A stretch of DNA of 64,000 nt from Myxococcota bacterium (GCA_041288095.1 JBGGMJ010000082.1:16349-80348), one strand, 5' to 3'; counted from the stretch's first letter, positions 54,348 to 64,000 are shown. The notes: generated from the letters alone by a model not told the origin. Numbers and translations are program-made.

Positions 54348-54374
54348 AATTCGATCGACGGTACAAGCACTTAG
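54348..54374 (-). promoter_or_regulatory. Weaker match to the sigma28-like motif upstream of the giant gene
   Basis: Minus-strand CTAAG-N14-ATCGAATT, same spacing as the other copies. Confidence 0.3.
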
Positions 54375-54494
54375 CTCGCTTTGTCGATGACCCTTCGTCA
54401 GGATCGCCCGACAAAACGCGCACTTCTCTCATTATCATTTTCGTGTTAACTGCCCCGAGCGTTCGGTCAACAGGCGCGAGGGAGGCATGACGGG

Positions 54495-55391
54495 ATGGCA
54501 TTAGACCTACGGGACCGGATAGCGGGCCGCTTGAGGAACCTCATGACGGCGGCCCCGGAGAAGGGTCACCGGGCAGCAACGGTGCTCGCCGTCGCCTCGA
54601 ACAAGGGCGGTGTGGGCAAGACGACCACAGCCGTGAATCTCGCGGTCGCCTGGCAGCGCTCGGGCGCCAAGGTGCTGCTCATCGATCTCGACCCGCAAGC
54701 GCACGTCAGCGCCGCTCTGCGCGCCTCGCCCAACGGCAGCCTCGCCGACGTCTTCAACGGCAAGCTCCGCGACGTCTGTGAAGCCGCCTACGCTTCCCCG
54801 TGGGCCGACCTCGACCTCGCCGGCAGCGAGAAGACACTCGCCGAGACCGAGGTGATGGTCGCCGCGAAGATCGGCAAGGAGCTCCTGCTCGACGGCGCCC
54901 TCGCGGTAGCGCGCACCCGCTACGATCTCATCGTCATCGACTGCCCGCCGAACTTGGGCACGCTCACGCTCAACGCGCTCTGCGCCGCTGACCACCTGCT
55001 GGTACCGACGGACATGTCGGTGCTCGCGCTCGAGGGCGTCTCCGACATCCTCACGGCGGTGGAGACGCTGCGCACGCGCCTCGGTCGCAAGCTCGAGGTT
55101 TGCGGCATCGTCGCGACGCGCTTCGACAAGCGCACGACGCAGCTCAACTCCGCCATCGAGCAGAGCTTCGCGGACCTCTACGGCAACACCGTGCGTCTCC
55201 TGGCGACGCGCATTCCGCAGAGCAGCATGGTCAACAAGGCGCACCTCGCGGGGGAGCCGATCTTCGACCACGCCCCGTCGTCTCCAGCCGCTATCGCGTA
55301 CAAGGAGCTGGCGGTCGAAGTGGCGCCGCTCATCGGTCTGTCGCGCGTCGCCGCCGAGGCCGTCCATGCCAAGGTCGGTCAGGCCGGCTGA
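54495..55391 (+). CDS. Orphan ParA/Soj-family ATPase
   Basis: Deviant Walker A NKGGVGKTTT, LIDLDPQA, IVIDCPPNLG and NAL.AAD; GGAGG RBS; no adjacent parB. Confidence 0.92.
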   Translation: MALDLRDRIAGRLRNLMTAAPEKGHRAATVLAVASNKGGVGKTTTAVNLAVAWQRSGAKVLLIDLDPQAHVSAALRASPNGSLADVFNGKLRDVCEAAYASPWADLDLAGSEKTLAETEVMVAAKIGKELLLDGALAVARTRYDLIVIDCPPNLGTLTLNALCAADHLLVPTDMSVLALEGVSDILTAVETLRTRLGRKLEVCGIVATRFDKRTTQLNSAIEQSFADLYGNTVRLLATRIPQSSMVNKAHLAGEPIFDHAPSSPAAIAYKELAVEVAPLIGLSRVAAEAVHAKVGQAG

Positions 55392-55398
55392 CCCTTCG

Positions 55399-56670
55399 AT
55401 GCGCGCCGTGAAGCACTGTGCGTTGCCGCTCGCGTCCGTCGCGGCGTTGATCACCGCTTGTTCCGGTAGCGGCGCCGGCCCAGCCGCGGCACCGGCCCCG
55501 CCGGACACCCTGGCGAAGCTGCGCGGCCAGCTCTCGGCGGCGGTCATCGCGAGCGAGGCATCGTGCTCGGCCGGCTGGCTGTCATCGCGGACAGAGCCGC
55601 CGTGCGCGGCCGAGCCCAGGCGCGCTCTCGTCGACCCACAGCACGCCTGGATGTTGGAGAATCAGGTCGTCGCTTCGGTAGCCGCGGCCGCGGCGCGCGA
55701 CGCCAGCGTCAACGGCTTGCGCAGCCGTCTCACGCGCGAGCGCCTGTTGCGCGACGCCACCGATGCGAAGGGCGTCTCGGCTGTCGCCAAGGCCCTGGGC
55801 TATCCCGACGCTCCCGCGCTGCTCTCGGCCATCCACGGCTTCGACATACGCAGCACCGTCGCGAGCGCGCAGGAGCTGTTGAACGCCTCCGAGGGCTTGT
55901 ACTTGGTCGCGCGCAATGACGTCGGCGCGAGCACCAGCGAAGCAGAGGGCGTCACCAAGCGAGCCCTCCCGTCCGCTAAAACGTCCGATGTCGCGCGCGC
56001 GTTGGTCGACGCCGTGCTCCCGCCGCCGAGCCCTGCCCTCTCGGTCATCATCGACGCACCGGGCAGCAGCGCTGGCGTGTTCTTCGTCGCTCCGTCGGAG
56101 CAGCGGGTGGTCGCGGCGCTCGCGGGAGGCGCGCTCGACGTCGAGCTCACCGGCAAGGCGCTCGCCGCGGGTCGCGTGCGGCAACTCTTGGGCGACGCCG
56201 ACGCCAGCATTCCGCCGATGCTCGGCTTCGTGGCGACCAGCCCCATCCAGACACCCGAGTGGATGGCGGCGACGCTGTCGCTGCCGGAGCCGGCGCTCAC
56301 GCAGGTGGTCCGCGCCCGCGCTTTCCTCGCGCTCGAGGCAGCTCGCGCCGAGGCCGCCCGCAGCCTCGACACCCTGGCCCTCTACGATGGCTCCGGCACC
56401 GATCTCGGCGCCGCCGACCCGTGGATGACGGCTATTGTCCGCTTCCGCGGACGATTGCTCGCGGCGAACGTGGTTTCCGCCTTGGCGCAGAAGCTCGGCC
56501 CCACCTGGTGGCTGCGGCCCGAGACGCCCACCGTGCTCACCGAGCTGCTCGGCGCCGGCGGCAGTGACGCCGTGCTGGCCAAGCTCAAGGTAGGCCTCTC
56601 GCCGGAGACGTTGCTGGTCGAATCGGCTCGCACACTCGCCCGCAGCGACGCCCTCGTGACCAGACGATGA
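55399..56670 (+). CDS. Hypothetical lipoprotein
   Basis: Lipobox LITAC; start moved to ATG 55399; C-terminus weakly resembles a degenerate M3/M2 peptidase fold with no HEXXH seen. Confidence 0.7.
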   Translation: MRAVKHCALPLASVAALITACSGSGAGPAAAPAPPDTLAKLRGQLSAAVIASEASCSAGWLSSRTEPPCAAEPRRALVDPQHAWMLENQVVASVAAAAARDASVNGLRSRLTRERLLRDATDAKGVSAVAKALGYPDAPALLSAIHGFDIRSTVASAQELLNASEGLYLVARNDVGASTSEAEGVTKRALPSAKTSDVARALVDAVLPPPSPALSVIIDAPGSSAGVFFVAPSEQRVVAALAGGALDVELTGKALAAGRVRQLLGDADASIPPMLGFVATSPIQTPEWMAATLSLPEPALTQVVRARAFLALEAARAEAARSLDTLALYDGSGTDLGAADPWMTAIVRFRGRLLAANVVSALAQKLGPTWWLRPETPTVLTELLGAGGSDAVLAKLKVGLSPETLLVESARTLARSDALVTRR

Positions 56671-59399
56671 AGTATGGCGCGGCGATCCTCGCCGTATCGT
56701 TGTGGTGCACGTCGGCAGGCGCGCAGGTCGAGGAGCAAAACATCCCACGCGCGCCGAAGCCGGCGGCGCCGCGGAAGCAACCGCAGCTCACCAAGCCCCC
56801 TGAGCTCGTCGACTACGTGAGCCCCGAGTATCCGCCCGAGCTCTTCGCCGAGGGCATCGCCGGGGAGGCCGTGCTGCTCATCGACGTTGGTGCCGACGGC
56901 AAGGTGGCCAACGCGACGGTCAGCCGCGTCTCGCATCCAGCCTTCGCCGAGCCGGCGCTCGTGGCCGGCCGCAAGCTCACGTTCACGCCGGCCGAGATCG
57001 ACGGTACGCCCGCTCCCATCCGCATCGAGTATCGCTTCGTGTTCGAGCCCGTGGTGATCGAGCCCGACGCCATCGTCGGCGCGCCGTCGGAGATCCGCGC
57101 CGACCAGTCACCCGTCAACTATCGCGGACTGGTACGCCAGGCGGTCGCGCGCAAGCCCATCGAGGGCGCCACCGTGATGATCGGCGGCCGACCGGTCGCC
57201 GTCACCAACGATCAAGGCGTGTTCGAGGTGCGCGGCGCGCCCACGGGCAAGTTCGAGGTCCGCATCTCGGCGCAGAACTACAAAGTCTACTGGGTCGACG
57301 AAGAGCGCGCCGACAACGAGCTCATCGAGGGCAAGTATTACCTGCTGCCGCTCGAGAACAATCCGTATGAGACCGTGGTGACCACGCGAGCGCCGAAGCG
57401 CGAGGTGTCGAAGGTCGAGCTCAAGCGCGGCGAGGTCGAAAAGAGTCCCGGCACCTTCGGAGATCCGCTGCGCGTCATCGAGAACCTGCCGGGCATGGGC
57501 CGCGCATTCGGCGGCTTCGGCGGGCAGCTCATCGTGCGTGGCGCGAACCCCGAAGACACCCGCGTCTACGTCGACGGCATCGAGGTGCCCTTCCTCTACC
57601 ACTTCGGGGGCCTCACCTCGATCATCCAAGCGCAGTTCCTCGACCACATCGATTTCTACCCGGGCGGCTTCGGCGCCAAGTACGGTCGCTCGACCGCCGG
57701 CATCGTCGACGTCGGCACCCGATTGCTCGACTGCGATGGCTTCCACGGCCGTGGCAAGGTCGACCTCATCGATTCGGCCTACTATTCGTGTCACCCGCTG
57801 GGCGGCGGCTGGACCTTGGGTGTCGCGGCGCGGCGTTCCTACATCGACCTCTTCATCCCGCTCATCCAGGACGCATTCACCGATAGCGCCGACGAAGGCA
57901 GCGCCACCATCTCGCCGCGCTACCTCGATTATCAGCTCAAGGCTTCGAAGGTGCTCGGACGCAACACCTTCGAGATCTTCATGTTCGGCTCGGCGGACGA
58001 CCTGTCGTTCTCGCAGAGCGGCTCGCTCGAGGACGTGAACTTCTCGTTCGGCCTCGACCAGTACTTCAACCGCACGATGTTCCGACATCGCTACAAGCTC
58101 GGCGAGACCGCGAGCCTCACGTCGCAAGTGACCGGTGGCTTCACGCGCCTCCAGTTCAGCGGCGAGTCCGAAGAGCTCGACCTCGAGAATCGGCTGAAGG
58201 TCGACTATCCGACGTTCGAGTGGCGTGAGCAGCTCGACGTGAAGCTCTCGGAACAAGTGTCCTTGAGCGCCGGGCTCGACCACTTGTTCGGCTCGGCCAA
58301 GGTCTTCCTGAACGCCCCGCTCGACAACCGCATCCGCACCTACCCATCGCCCGTCTTCGACTTCGCGGACACGTCACGCTTGGAGACACGGCTCGGCAAC
58401 TACAGCCAAGGCTACTGGGCCGAGGCCCAGATCACGCCGGGGGCCGGGCTCAAGATCATCCCGGGCTTCCGCTTCGAGCGCATCGATTTCTATCGCTCGC
58501 AGGGCTACGAATACATGCCGCGGCTCAACGTGCGTTGGCAGGCGCTCGAGGGCACGTCGTTCAAGGCCGCCTTCGGCCTCTACGCCAAGCTCCCCGAGCC
58601 ACGCTACTTCACGCAGACCATCGGCAATCCGTTTTTGAAGACGGAGCGCTCGACACAATACGTCGCCGGCGTCGAGCAGAAGATCACCGAGCTCATCAAC
58701 GTCGACGTCCAGGGGTTCTACACCTTGCGCTCGCGCTTGCGACAAGACGCGAGCGGCCTCGTCGAAACCGAAGAAGGCGTGCAGTCGCTCATCTTCGACA
58801 ACGGCGGACGCGGGCACACCATCGGCCTCCAGCTGTTGCTGCGCCACGAGCTCGAACCAGGCGGCCGTTTCTTCGGCTGGGTCTCCTATACGCTATCGCG
58901 GTCGGTGGTCACGGACAGCAGCATCGACTTTTTCGAGGACAACGACACCGCCACCGACGACGGCTTGCTGCGCGAGCGCCGTGACACGTTCACGTACCTC
59001 TCGGACTTCGACCAGACGCACATCCTGACCGTGGTCGGCCAATGGGTGCTCGGAAAAGGCTGGGAGGTCGGCTTCCGCTTCCGGCTCACCTCCGGCAACC
59101 CCTACACACCGCTCAACCGCGGGCGCGTCGGCTTCGACGCGGACCGCGACGTCTACTACGTGAACATCGACGGGGTGGGCCGCAACTCCGGACGCCTGCC
59201 GATCTTTCATCAGCTCGATGTGCGCGTCGACCGCACCTGGACCTATTCGCTGGTCAAGATCGGCCTCTACCTGGACATCCTCAATGTCTACAATCACCGC
59301 AACACCGAGCAATACAGCTATGACTACCGCTATCGCGGAGTCGCCCCGCTGCGCACCATCCCCTTCTTCCCGAACCTCGGCGTGCAGGTGAACTGGTGA
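56667..59399 (+). CDS. TonB-dependent receptor with an N-terminal TonB C-terminal domain and a carboxypeptidase-regulatory-like domain
   Basis: Signal peptide; P.YP..L...GIAG...L.IDVG..G.V (TonB_C); PG..GDPLRVIENLPG plug; RLP.FHQLDVRVD and terminal W barrel motifs. Confidence 0.93.
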   Translation: MKYGAAILAVSLWCTSAGAQVEEQNIPRAPKPAAPRKQPQLTKPPELVDYVSPEYPPELFAEGIAGEAVLLIDVGADGKVANATVSRVSHPAFAEPALVAGRKLTFTPAEIDGTPAPIRIEYRFVFEPVVIEPDAIVGAPSEIRADQSPVNYRGLVRQAVARKPIEGATVMIGGRPVAVTNDQGVFEVRGAPTGKFEVRISAQNYKVYWVDEERADNELIEGKYYLLPLENNPYETVVTTRAPKREVSKVELKRGEVEKSPGTFGDPLRVIENLPGMGRAFGGFGGQLIVRGANPEDTRVYVDGIEVPFLYHFGGLTSIIQAQFLDHIDFYPGGFGAKYGRSTAGIVDVGTRLLDCDGFHGRGKVDLIDSAYYSCHPLGGGWTLGVAARRSYIDLFIPLIQDAFTDSADEGSATISPRYLDYQLKASKVLGRNTFEIFMFGSADDLSFSQSGSLEDVNFSFGLDQYFNRTMFRHRYKLGETASLTSQVTGGFTRLQFSGESEELDLENRLKVDYPTFEWREQLDVKLSEQVSLSAGLDHLFGSAKVFLNAPLDNRIRTYPSPVFDFADTSRLETRLGNYSQGYWAEAQITPGAGLKIIPGFRFERIDFYRSQGYEYMPRLNVRWQALEGTSFKAAFGLYAKLPEPRYFTQTIGNPFLKTERSTQYVAGVEQKITELINVDVQGFYTLRSRLRQDASGLVETEEGVQSLIFDNGGRGHTIGLQLLLRHELEPGGRFFGWVSYTLSRSVVTDSSIDFFEDNDTATDDGLLRERRDTFTYLSDFDQTHILTVVGQWVLGKGWEVGFRFRLTSGNPYTPLNRGRVGFDADRDVYYVNIDGVGRNSGRLPIFHQLDVRVDRTWTYSLVKIGLYLDILNVYNHRNTEQYSYDYRYRGVAPLRTIPFFPNLGVQVNW

Positions 59400-60511
59400 T
59401 GCGACGCTACACGCTCATGGCTTTGCTCGCGGCTGCCGCCTGCAGCGACGGGCTCGACGAGGTGGAAGACGTGCGCGACCTGCGCGTCCTGGCGCTACGC
59501 GCTGACCCGCCGGAGGTCTTCGTCGACCAAGACCCGCAAGCGATCGTGACCTTCTCGGCTCTGGTCGTCGACCCTCGTCAAGCGCCGTTGGCCACAACGC
59601 CGATCGACTATGCGTTCCAATTTTGCCCCGTCGAGAGCAACGAAGGCTGCCTCGACTACGACAAGCGGCGCGCCGAAGCCTCGGAGGAATCGCGGCCCTT
59701 GCTCGACGGTCTGCGCGGACTCGCCGAGGACGGCATCGCCAACAGTGAAGCGGAAGCCCGGAGCTTGACGCCGGCGGAAGCGAGCGAGCGCGGCGCCTGG
59801 CCGTATGCGATCTTACCCTTCACGCTGGCGCTCACACCGACCGAAACGCAGAACCTCGCCATCTACTTCTTCGAGACCAACCGCATCGGGCTCGGCATGG
59901 GCTCGCTGCCGTCGGTCAGCCTCGCGGTCTCCGGCGCGGATGATGCTTTCACCGCGGAGAAGCGTTTCGTGTTCAACGTCGCCAATCCGGGCGCCGCCGC
60001 CGCGCAGCTCGGCGTCGACTTCGGTTACCCCGTCTGCGAAAGCGGCGAAGACGAGAGCGCCGGCTGCGTCGCCCTACGTCCGCGTGTCCGCAATAGCAAT
60101 CCATCGTTCGACCGCATCCAGGTATCCCTGGGCGCCCTCGCCAACGGAGAGTTCGCGGACGTCCAAAGCACCGGATTCACCATGCGCGGCTCTTCGGTGA
60201 TCCGCATCCTGCCAGTGATGACCGGTGACTCCTACGAGCCGTTCCAGGAGCTCGTGACGAACCCATCGACCGGCCGGATTTCGGCGCGTGACCTCACCGA
60301 AGTCATCTCGGTGTCGTGGTTCGCGACCGCCGGCGACCTGCAGGACCCGCTGACCACGCCTCTCTACACGAAGTCCCTCGACACCGAGTACCGCTCGCCG
60401 CCGATCGACGCTGTGCCGCCCGAAGGCATGATGGTCTCCGTATTCATGGTGGCGCGAGACCAGCGCGGCGGCGTTGCGTGGCAGAACCTCGAGATCTTCG
60501 TTACGAAGTGA
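59396..60511 (+). CDS. Lipoprotein partner of the TonB-dependent receptor (myxobacterial type)
   Basis: Coupled to the TBDT stop (TGATG; ATG 59399 is the alternative start); lipobox AAAC; [13 protein letters not shown] start and SWFATAG...[12 protein letters not shown] end. Confidence 0.82.
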   Translation: MMRRYTLMALLAAAACSDGLDEVEDVRDLRVLALRADPPEVFVDQDPQAIVTFSALVVDPRQAPLATTPIDYAFQFCPVESNEGCLDYDKRRAEASEESRPLLDGLRGLAEDGIANSEAEARSLTPAEASERGAWPYAILPFTLALTPTETQNLAIYFFETNRIGLGMGSLPSVSLAVSGADDAFTAEKRFVFNVANPGAAAAQLGVDFGYPVCESGEDESAGCVALRPRVRNSNPSFDRIQVSLGALANGEFADVQSTGFTMRGSSVIRILPVMTGDSYEPFQELVTNPSTGRISARDLTEVISVSWFATAGDLQDPLTTPLYTKSLDTEYRSPPIDAVPPEGMMVSVFMVARDQRGGVAWQNLEIFVTK

Positions 60512-61670
60512 TGCTGTCGACGAAGAGAGCATGCAGGACACGCACGGCGTCCTGCGATGTCCCTGCCGGCAGCACGAAGCTCACCGCGAGATCGGTCGCC
60601 GCGGTCGCGAGCGGCGTGAGCCCCGCCCCACCGAGAGCCACCATGGCTCGAGGCATGGTATCGCGGGCCAAGAGCGCATTACCGACCAGCGTGACCATGC
60701 TGCTGTCCGCCAAGTCGTAGCCCGCGAGGGTCTTCTCGAGGGTCGCGTGCGAGGCCCCGGCGATTCCGGTGCGGTCGATGATCGCGCTCACCTTGCCGTC
60801 GACCTGCATGGCGACGATGCGCCCCCCGCAATGACGGACGAGAGGCACCAGCTCGGCGGCGCGCGCGGCGTCGCAGCGCGCCAAGCTCACCGCTTGGGCC
60901 CCCACCACGGCGACCACACCCGACGGTTCTTGGGCGCGCTCGGTGATACGCGTCTCGCGGCCGCTCGGGTCGCTGGTCTTGCGTGCGTGGATGACGATGC
61001 CCGCCTTGCGCGCGAACTCGACGGCATCGGCGTTCAGCACCTTGGCGCCGGCGCCCGCCATTGCTTGCATGGTCACGTAGCCGAGCTCGGCGAGGAGCTT
61101 TGCTTGCGGCGCGACGTTGGGATCGGCGGTGTAGACGCCATCGACGTCCGAGTAGATCTCGCAGGCTTCCGCCCCGAGCGCCGCCGCCAAGGCGACTGCG
61201 GTGGTGTCGCTGCCCCCGCGGCCGAGCGTCGTGATCTCGCGTGAGCGGCTCACGCCTTGAAAGCCGGCAACGATGACGATGCGCCCTCTGTCGAGCTCCT
61301 CGACCAAACGGTGCGGCTTGACCTCGAGCACGCGCGCGTTCTGGTGGCTGTCGTCGGTGATGATGCCGGACTGGCTTCCGGTGAACGAGATGGCGGTGAG
61401 CCCGAGCTCGTGGATCGCCATCGACAGGAGCGCCATGCTGATGCGCTCACCCGCGGTGACCAGCATGTCGAGCTCGCGGCGCGGCGGCTGCGGAGCGACC
61501 TCGCGGGCCTGGGCGATGAGCGCGTCGGTGGTCTTCCCCATCGCGCTCACCACGACGACGACGCGATTGCCGGCGCGATGCCGCTCGGCGACCAAGCGCG
61601 CGACCTCGCGCAAGCGTTCGACCGTCGCTACCGAGCTGCCACCGTATTTCTGCACGATGATAGGCGTCAC
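60501..61670 (-). CDS. lysC: Aspartate kinase
   Basis: [33 protein letters not shown] and [10 protein letters not shown]; true start is GTG 61670, not 61991. Confidence 0.95.
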   Translation of the reverse strand: MTPIIVQKYGGSSVATVERLREVARLVAERHRAGNRVVVVVSAMGKTTDALIAQAREVAPQPPRRELDMLVTAGERISMALLSMAIHELGLTAISFTGSQSGIITDDSHQNARVLEVKPHRLVEELDRGRIVIVAGFQGVSRSREITTLGRGGSDTTAVALAAALGAEACEIYSDVDGVYTADPNVAPQAKLLAELGYVTMQAMAGAGAKVLNADAVEFARKAGIVIHARKTSDPSGRETRITERAQEPSGVVAVVGAQAVSLARCDAARAAELVPLVRHCGGRIVAMQVDGKVSAIIDRTGIAGASHATLEKTLAGYDLADSSMVTLVGNALLARDTMPRAMVALGGAGLTPLATAATDLAVSFVLPAGTSQDAVRVLHALFVDSITS

Positions 61671-61680
61671 GGGTCCATGC

Positions 61681-62541
61681 CTATGGCGCGCCGGCCGAGC
61701 CAGCGCAAGAAAGCGTCGGGTTCGCCTCGAGTGTACGGCGCGCGAGCCCCCGCACCTCTGGATAACCCGGCCGCAGGCGCAAAGCTTCCGCGAGCTGGAC
61801 GAGACCCGCGCAAAGATCACCCGTATCGATGAGCAGGTGTCCCAGCTGATAGCGGTAGACCGGCGCTCGCGGCGCCTTGCCCACCGCGCGCCGCGCATAC
61901 TTCTCCGCGACCTCGAGCTTGCCGGCACGGGCCATGAGCACCGCGAAGTTGTTGTCGGCCTGCGGGACGGACGCCTGGTCGACGACCGCACCCAGCTCGT
62001 CGAGCGCCGTCCGCGTATCGCCGCGCAGCATCGCCGCCACGGCGCGGTGGTTCACGTGGTGAGCGACGAGCTCGGCATCGGACAGGGGGCGAACCTCGCT
62101 GCCCTTCCCGAAATTGTGGTTCTGCAAGTCGACCTGCACGCTTTCGCCGTTGCCGAAGTCGACCTGTGCGAGCACGTGGCCGATGGCGCCGGTATCCGTG
62201 GTCGCGAGCGGCTCGACGCCTCGCGCCGAGAGGCCCAGCGAGCGAGCCATGCCGAGGTAGAGAACGGTCAGCTCGTAGCACCCCGCCGCCGGCGAGTCGC
62301 CGCGCTCGACCCGCGCCCACAGCTCGGTCGCGGTCAGAGGCTCGCGCGCCTTCGGTGTGTTGTCGCGGTCGGGCGCGAGGCGACCGTCGCGCATGATACC
62401 AATGAGCTCATCGTAGAGCGCGCGCGCCTTCGCCTCCGCGGATTCACGGCCGGCGACTGCTTGCCGCGCGAATGCCGCCATCTCCCGGCTGGCTTCGAAC
62501 GGCGTCGCGGTGCTGACCGCGATGGCGAACGCTATGATCAG
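61681..62541 (-). CDS. Transglutaminase-like (Cys-His-Asp) domain plus TPR protein, probably secreted
   Basis: [26 protein letters not shown] and VQVD triad pattern, then TPRs. The frame extends upstream of ATG 62481 into a signal-like [11 protein letters not shown] beginning at a CTG overlapping the upstream TGA. Confidence 0.75.
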   Translation of the reverse strand: MIIAFAIAVSTATPFEASREMAAFARQAVAGRESAEAKARALYDELIGIMRDGRLAPDRDNTPKAREPLTATELWARVERGDSPAAGCYELTVLYLGMARSLGLSARGVEPLATTDTGAIGHVLAQVDFGNGESVQVDLQNHNFGKGSEVRPLSDAELVAHHVNHRAVAAMLRGDTRTALDELGAVVDQASVPQADNNFAVLMARAGKLEVAEKYARRAVGKAPRAPVYRYQLGHLLIDTGDLCAGLVQLAEALRLRPGYPEVRGLARRTLEANPTLSCAGSAGAP

Positions 62542-63077
62542 CGACGTTGAGCGCGCAGCTGATGATCGCGCCAGGCCTTGCGGCCGTCGTTGAAGCTGCT
62601 CGTCAGCTCCTTGGCGTCGTCGTTGCTGTCGGGCAGGTCGGGATCGATCTTGCGCACCAAGTTGAGCAAGGCCTCGACGACGCGGATGCTCTCGGTGGCG
62701 AACTGATCGAGGCGGACGGTGGTCGGCTCGAGAACGTAGTCCTCGACCTCCATCTCGGCGCCGACGTAGATGCTGAACTCGACGCCCTCACCCGCCGGCA
62801 CGAACGCGAAACAGTGCTCGCTATTGCGGTACTGCACGGTCTCGGTGTCGCCACCGATGATCCATGGCAGCTTGCGAATCCACTGATCGGCGAGCCGCAA
62901 GACCGGATCGAAGAGGTCGTTGCAGTACTCGACGCCATCGAGGGTACAAACCAACGCGCCTTCCCAGGCACTAGGATCGCCAAGGTCATCGCGAAACCGA
63001 TCGATGTCCGCAACGAGATCAGCAACGGCCTTCAAGTCGTCGCCGACTCGAATCCGATGTTGTAGCGAAAATTTCAT
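62538..63077 (-). CDS. Hypothetical acidic protein (179 aa)
   Basis: Long ORF with normal codon bias and its own sigma70-like promoter; no recognised family. Confidence 0.75.
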   Translation of the reverse strand: MKFSLQHRIRVGDDLKAVADLVADIDRFRDDLGDPSAWEGALVCTLDGVEYCNDLFDPVLRLADQWIRKLPWIIGGDTETVQYRNSEHCFAFVPAGEGVEFSIYVGAEMEVEDYVLEPTTVRLDQFATESIRVVEALLNLVRKIDPDLPDSNDDAKELTSSFNDGRKAWRDHQLRAQRR

Positions 63078-63132
63078 GGAGTGAGAGAGAGTGAATTTTG
63101 GGGGTACCGGTTTGCGTCCCCACGTAACATAA

Positions 63133-63162
63133 AGTGTATTTTAAACGGTAAAGGCCCGTCAA
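63133..63162 (-). promoter_or_regulatory. sigma70-type promoter in an AT-rich divergent intergenic region
   Basis: Minus-strand TTGACG-N18-TACACT. Confidence 0.5.
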
Positions 63163-63204
63163 GCGCGCTTTTGGCGCCCGAGCCCCCCATCAATGGACTA
63201 GCTC

Positions 63205-63741
63205 ATGGAATTACGCCAGCTGCTCGCTGCACTTTTCGTCAGTGTTTTGTCACCGGCGACCGCATTAGCCTTTGGTGGCGCCGCCGCCGAGTTCGGCCAC
63301 GAGGGCCAGTGGGTGCCGAACGGCAAGGTGAACTTCACCTTCGAGTCGCAAAACGACGCCGACACCACGAGCTTCCTCTTGGCGCCGACCTTGCTCTACT
63401 TCATCACTGATCACTGGGCGGTAGGCGGCGGTTTCACTCTCGGAATCGTCAGCGGCGATGGCGGCGACATCACCGAAATCGGCCTACAGCCGACGGTCGC
63501 CTACAACCTACCGATCAGCGACAACTGGAGTTTCCTACCGCAGGGCTCGTTCTATTTCGTCGCCCTGGGCGGCGATGCCGACGGCCAGACGCTCGGCTTG
63601 GAGTTCTACGCGCCCTTCCTGTTCCACGCGGCCTCGCACTTCTTCCTGGGTGTTGGCCCGGTGCTACGCGCCGACGTCAGCAGCGATGCCGGCGAGGTTT
63701 TCCGCTTCGGCGCCACCTCGATCGTGGGCGGGTACTTCTAG
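63205..63741 (+). CDS. Outer-membrane beta-barrel protein
   Basis: Signal peptide ending ALA; amphipathic strands; terminal GGYF. Confidence 0.85.
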   Translation: MELRQLLAALFVSVLSPATALAFGGAAAEFGHEGQWVPNGKVNFTFESQNDADTTSFLLAPTLLYFITDHWAVGGGFTLGIVSGDGGDITEIGLQPTVAYNLPISDNWSFLPQGSFYFVALGGDADGQTLGLEFYAPFLFHAASHFFLGVGPVLRADVSSDAGEVFRFGATSIVGGYF

Positions 63742-64000
63742 AGCGCGGGCTCGTCGACGACGATCGCGCGGAGACGGGCGAGAGCCGCCTCGCTCTTCTC
63801 CACCCACGGCATCGCGCTTTCGGCGCGTTTGCCGACGAGCGCGGTGCGTTCGTAAACACGAATGGCCTTCTCGACCAGCACCCGCAGGCGCCGTTTGACC
63901 TCGTCGCGATAGGCCGCGCGCTGCTCGGCGTCGAAATCGACCGGCACCTCGAGGCCCATGATGTCGTCGTAGAGGCGCTCGTACATGCCGCCAATACGGT
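63738..64000 (-). CDS. 3' end of a probable large TPR protein, truncated by the window edge
   Basis: The frame stays open to the edge (RIGGMYERLY...). VP..FDAEQRAAYRDE......EKAI..YE resembles the C-termini of myxobacterial TPR proteins. Confidence 0.6.
   Translation of the reverse strand, partial: RIGGMYERLYDDIMGLEVPVDFDAEQRAAYRDEVKRRLRVLVEKAIRVYERTALVGKRAESAMPWVEKSEAALARLRAIVVDEPAL

Noticed and set aside
61671-61991. 107-aa N-terminal extension of aspartokinase in the ORF track
   Set aside because: Overlaps the TPR gene in another frame; kinase homology starts at GTG 61670.
1-64000. tRNA, rRNA, integrase, transposase or prophage genes
   Set aside because: No T-loop/cloverleaf patterns, rRNA-like stretches, recombinase motifs or terminal inverted repeats found by eye; tRNAscan and ISEScan would confirm.

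Overview
High-GC window from a Myxococcota (myxobacteria-like) chromosome. The assignment rests on the TIGR04563-type small-protein pair, a CdnL/CarD, an FrzS/AglZ-like pseudo-receiver, FHA-sigma54 activators, Cys-rich lipoproteins and a TonB-fused receptor. About 55 real CDS are present; many long ORFs in the supplied track are antisense shadows, and several listed starts were moved using RBS, -10 and coupling evidence. Housekeeping genes: PfkB kinase, Slt, rlmN, queG, xth, M20 peptidase, deoxynucleoside kinase, a ThDP enzyme, cdnL, dcd, ald, aspartokinase and an ECF sigma/anti-sigma pair. No rRNA, tRNA, CRISPR array, integrase or transposase was seen. Two things stand out. (1) A compact bacterial microcompartment operon (BMC-T, BMC-H, BMC-P and an acylating aldehyde dehydrogenase with an encapsulation peptide) of the Haliangium ochraceum type, with no signature enzyme, lies downstream of a tandem ribbon-helix-helix pair. 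(2) Orphan genes scattered between housekeeping genes share an upstream motif, xxAAC-N14/15-(G/C/A)(C/T)CGAnA(A/T), resembling a sigma28/FliA promoter. Most encode signal-peptide-less proteins with Ser/Thr-rich N-termini or bilobed hydrophobic hairpins. They include a PDZ-less S41 protease, a paralog pair with a beta-tongue-like hairpin and, with a weaker motif match, a 2141-aa annexin-repeat protein. An SycD/LcrH-like chaperone and an EspA/Bsp22-like filament/tip protein (no motif found for the latter) also lie in the window. My inference is that these form a dispersed, co-regulated set of type III/flagellar-type secretion substrates, possibly a predation or host-interaction arsenal. No injectisome core genes are in the window, so this is untested.
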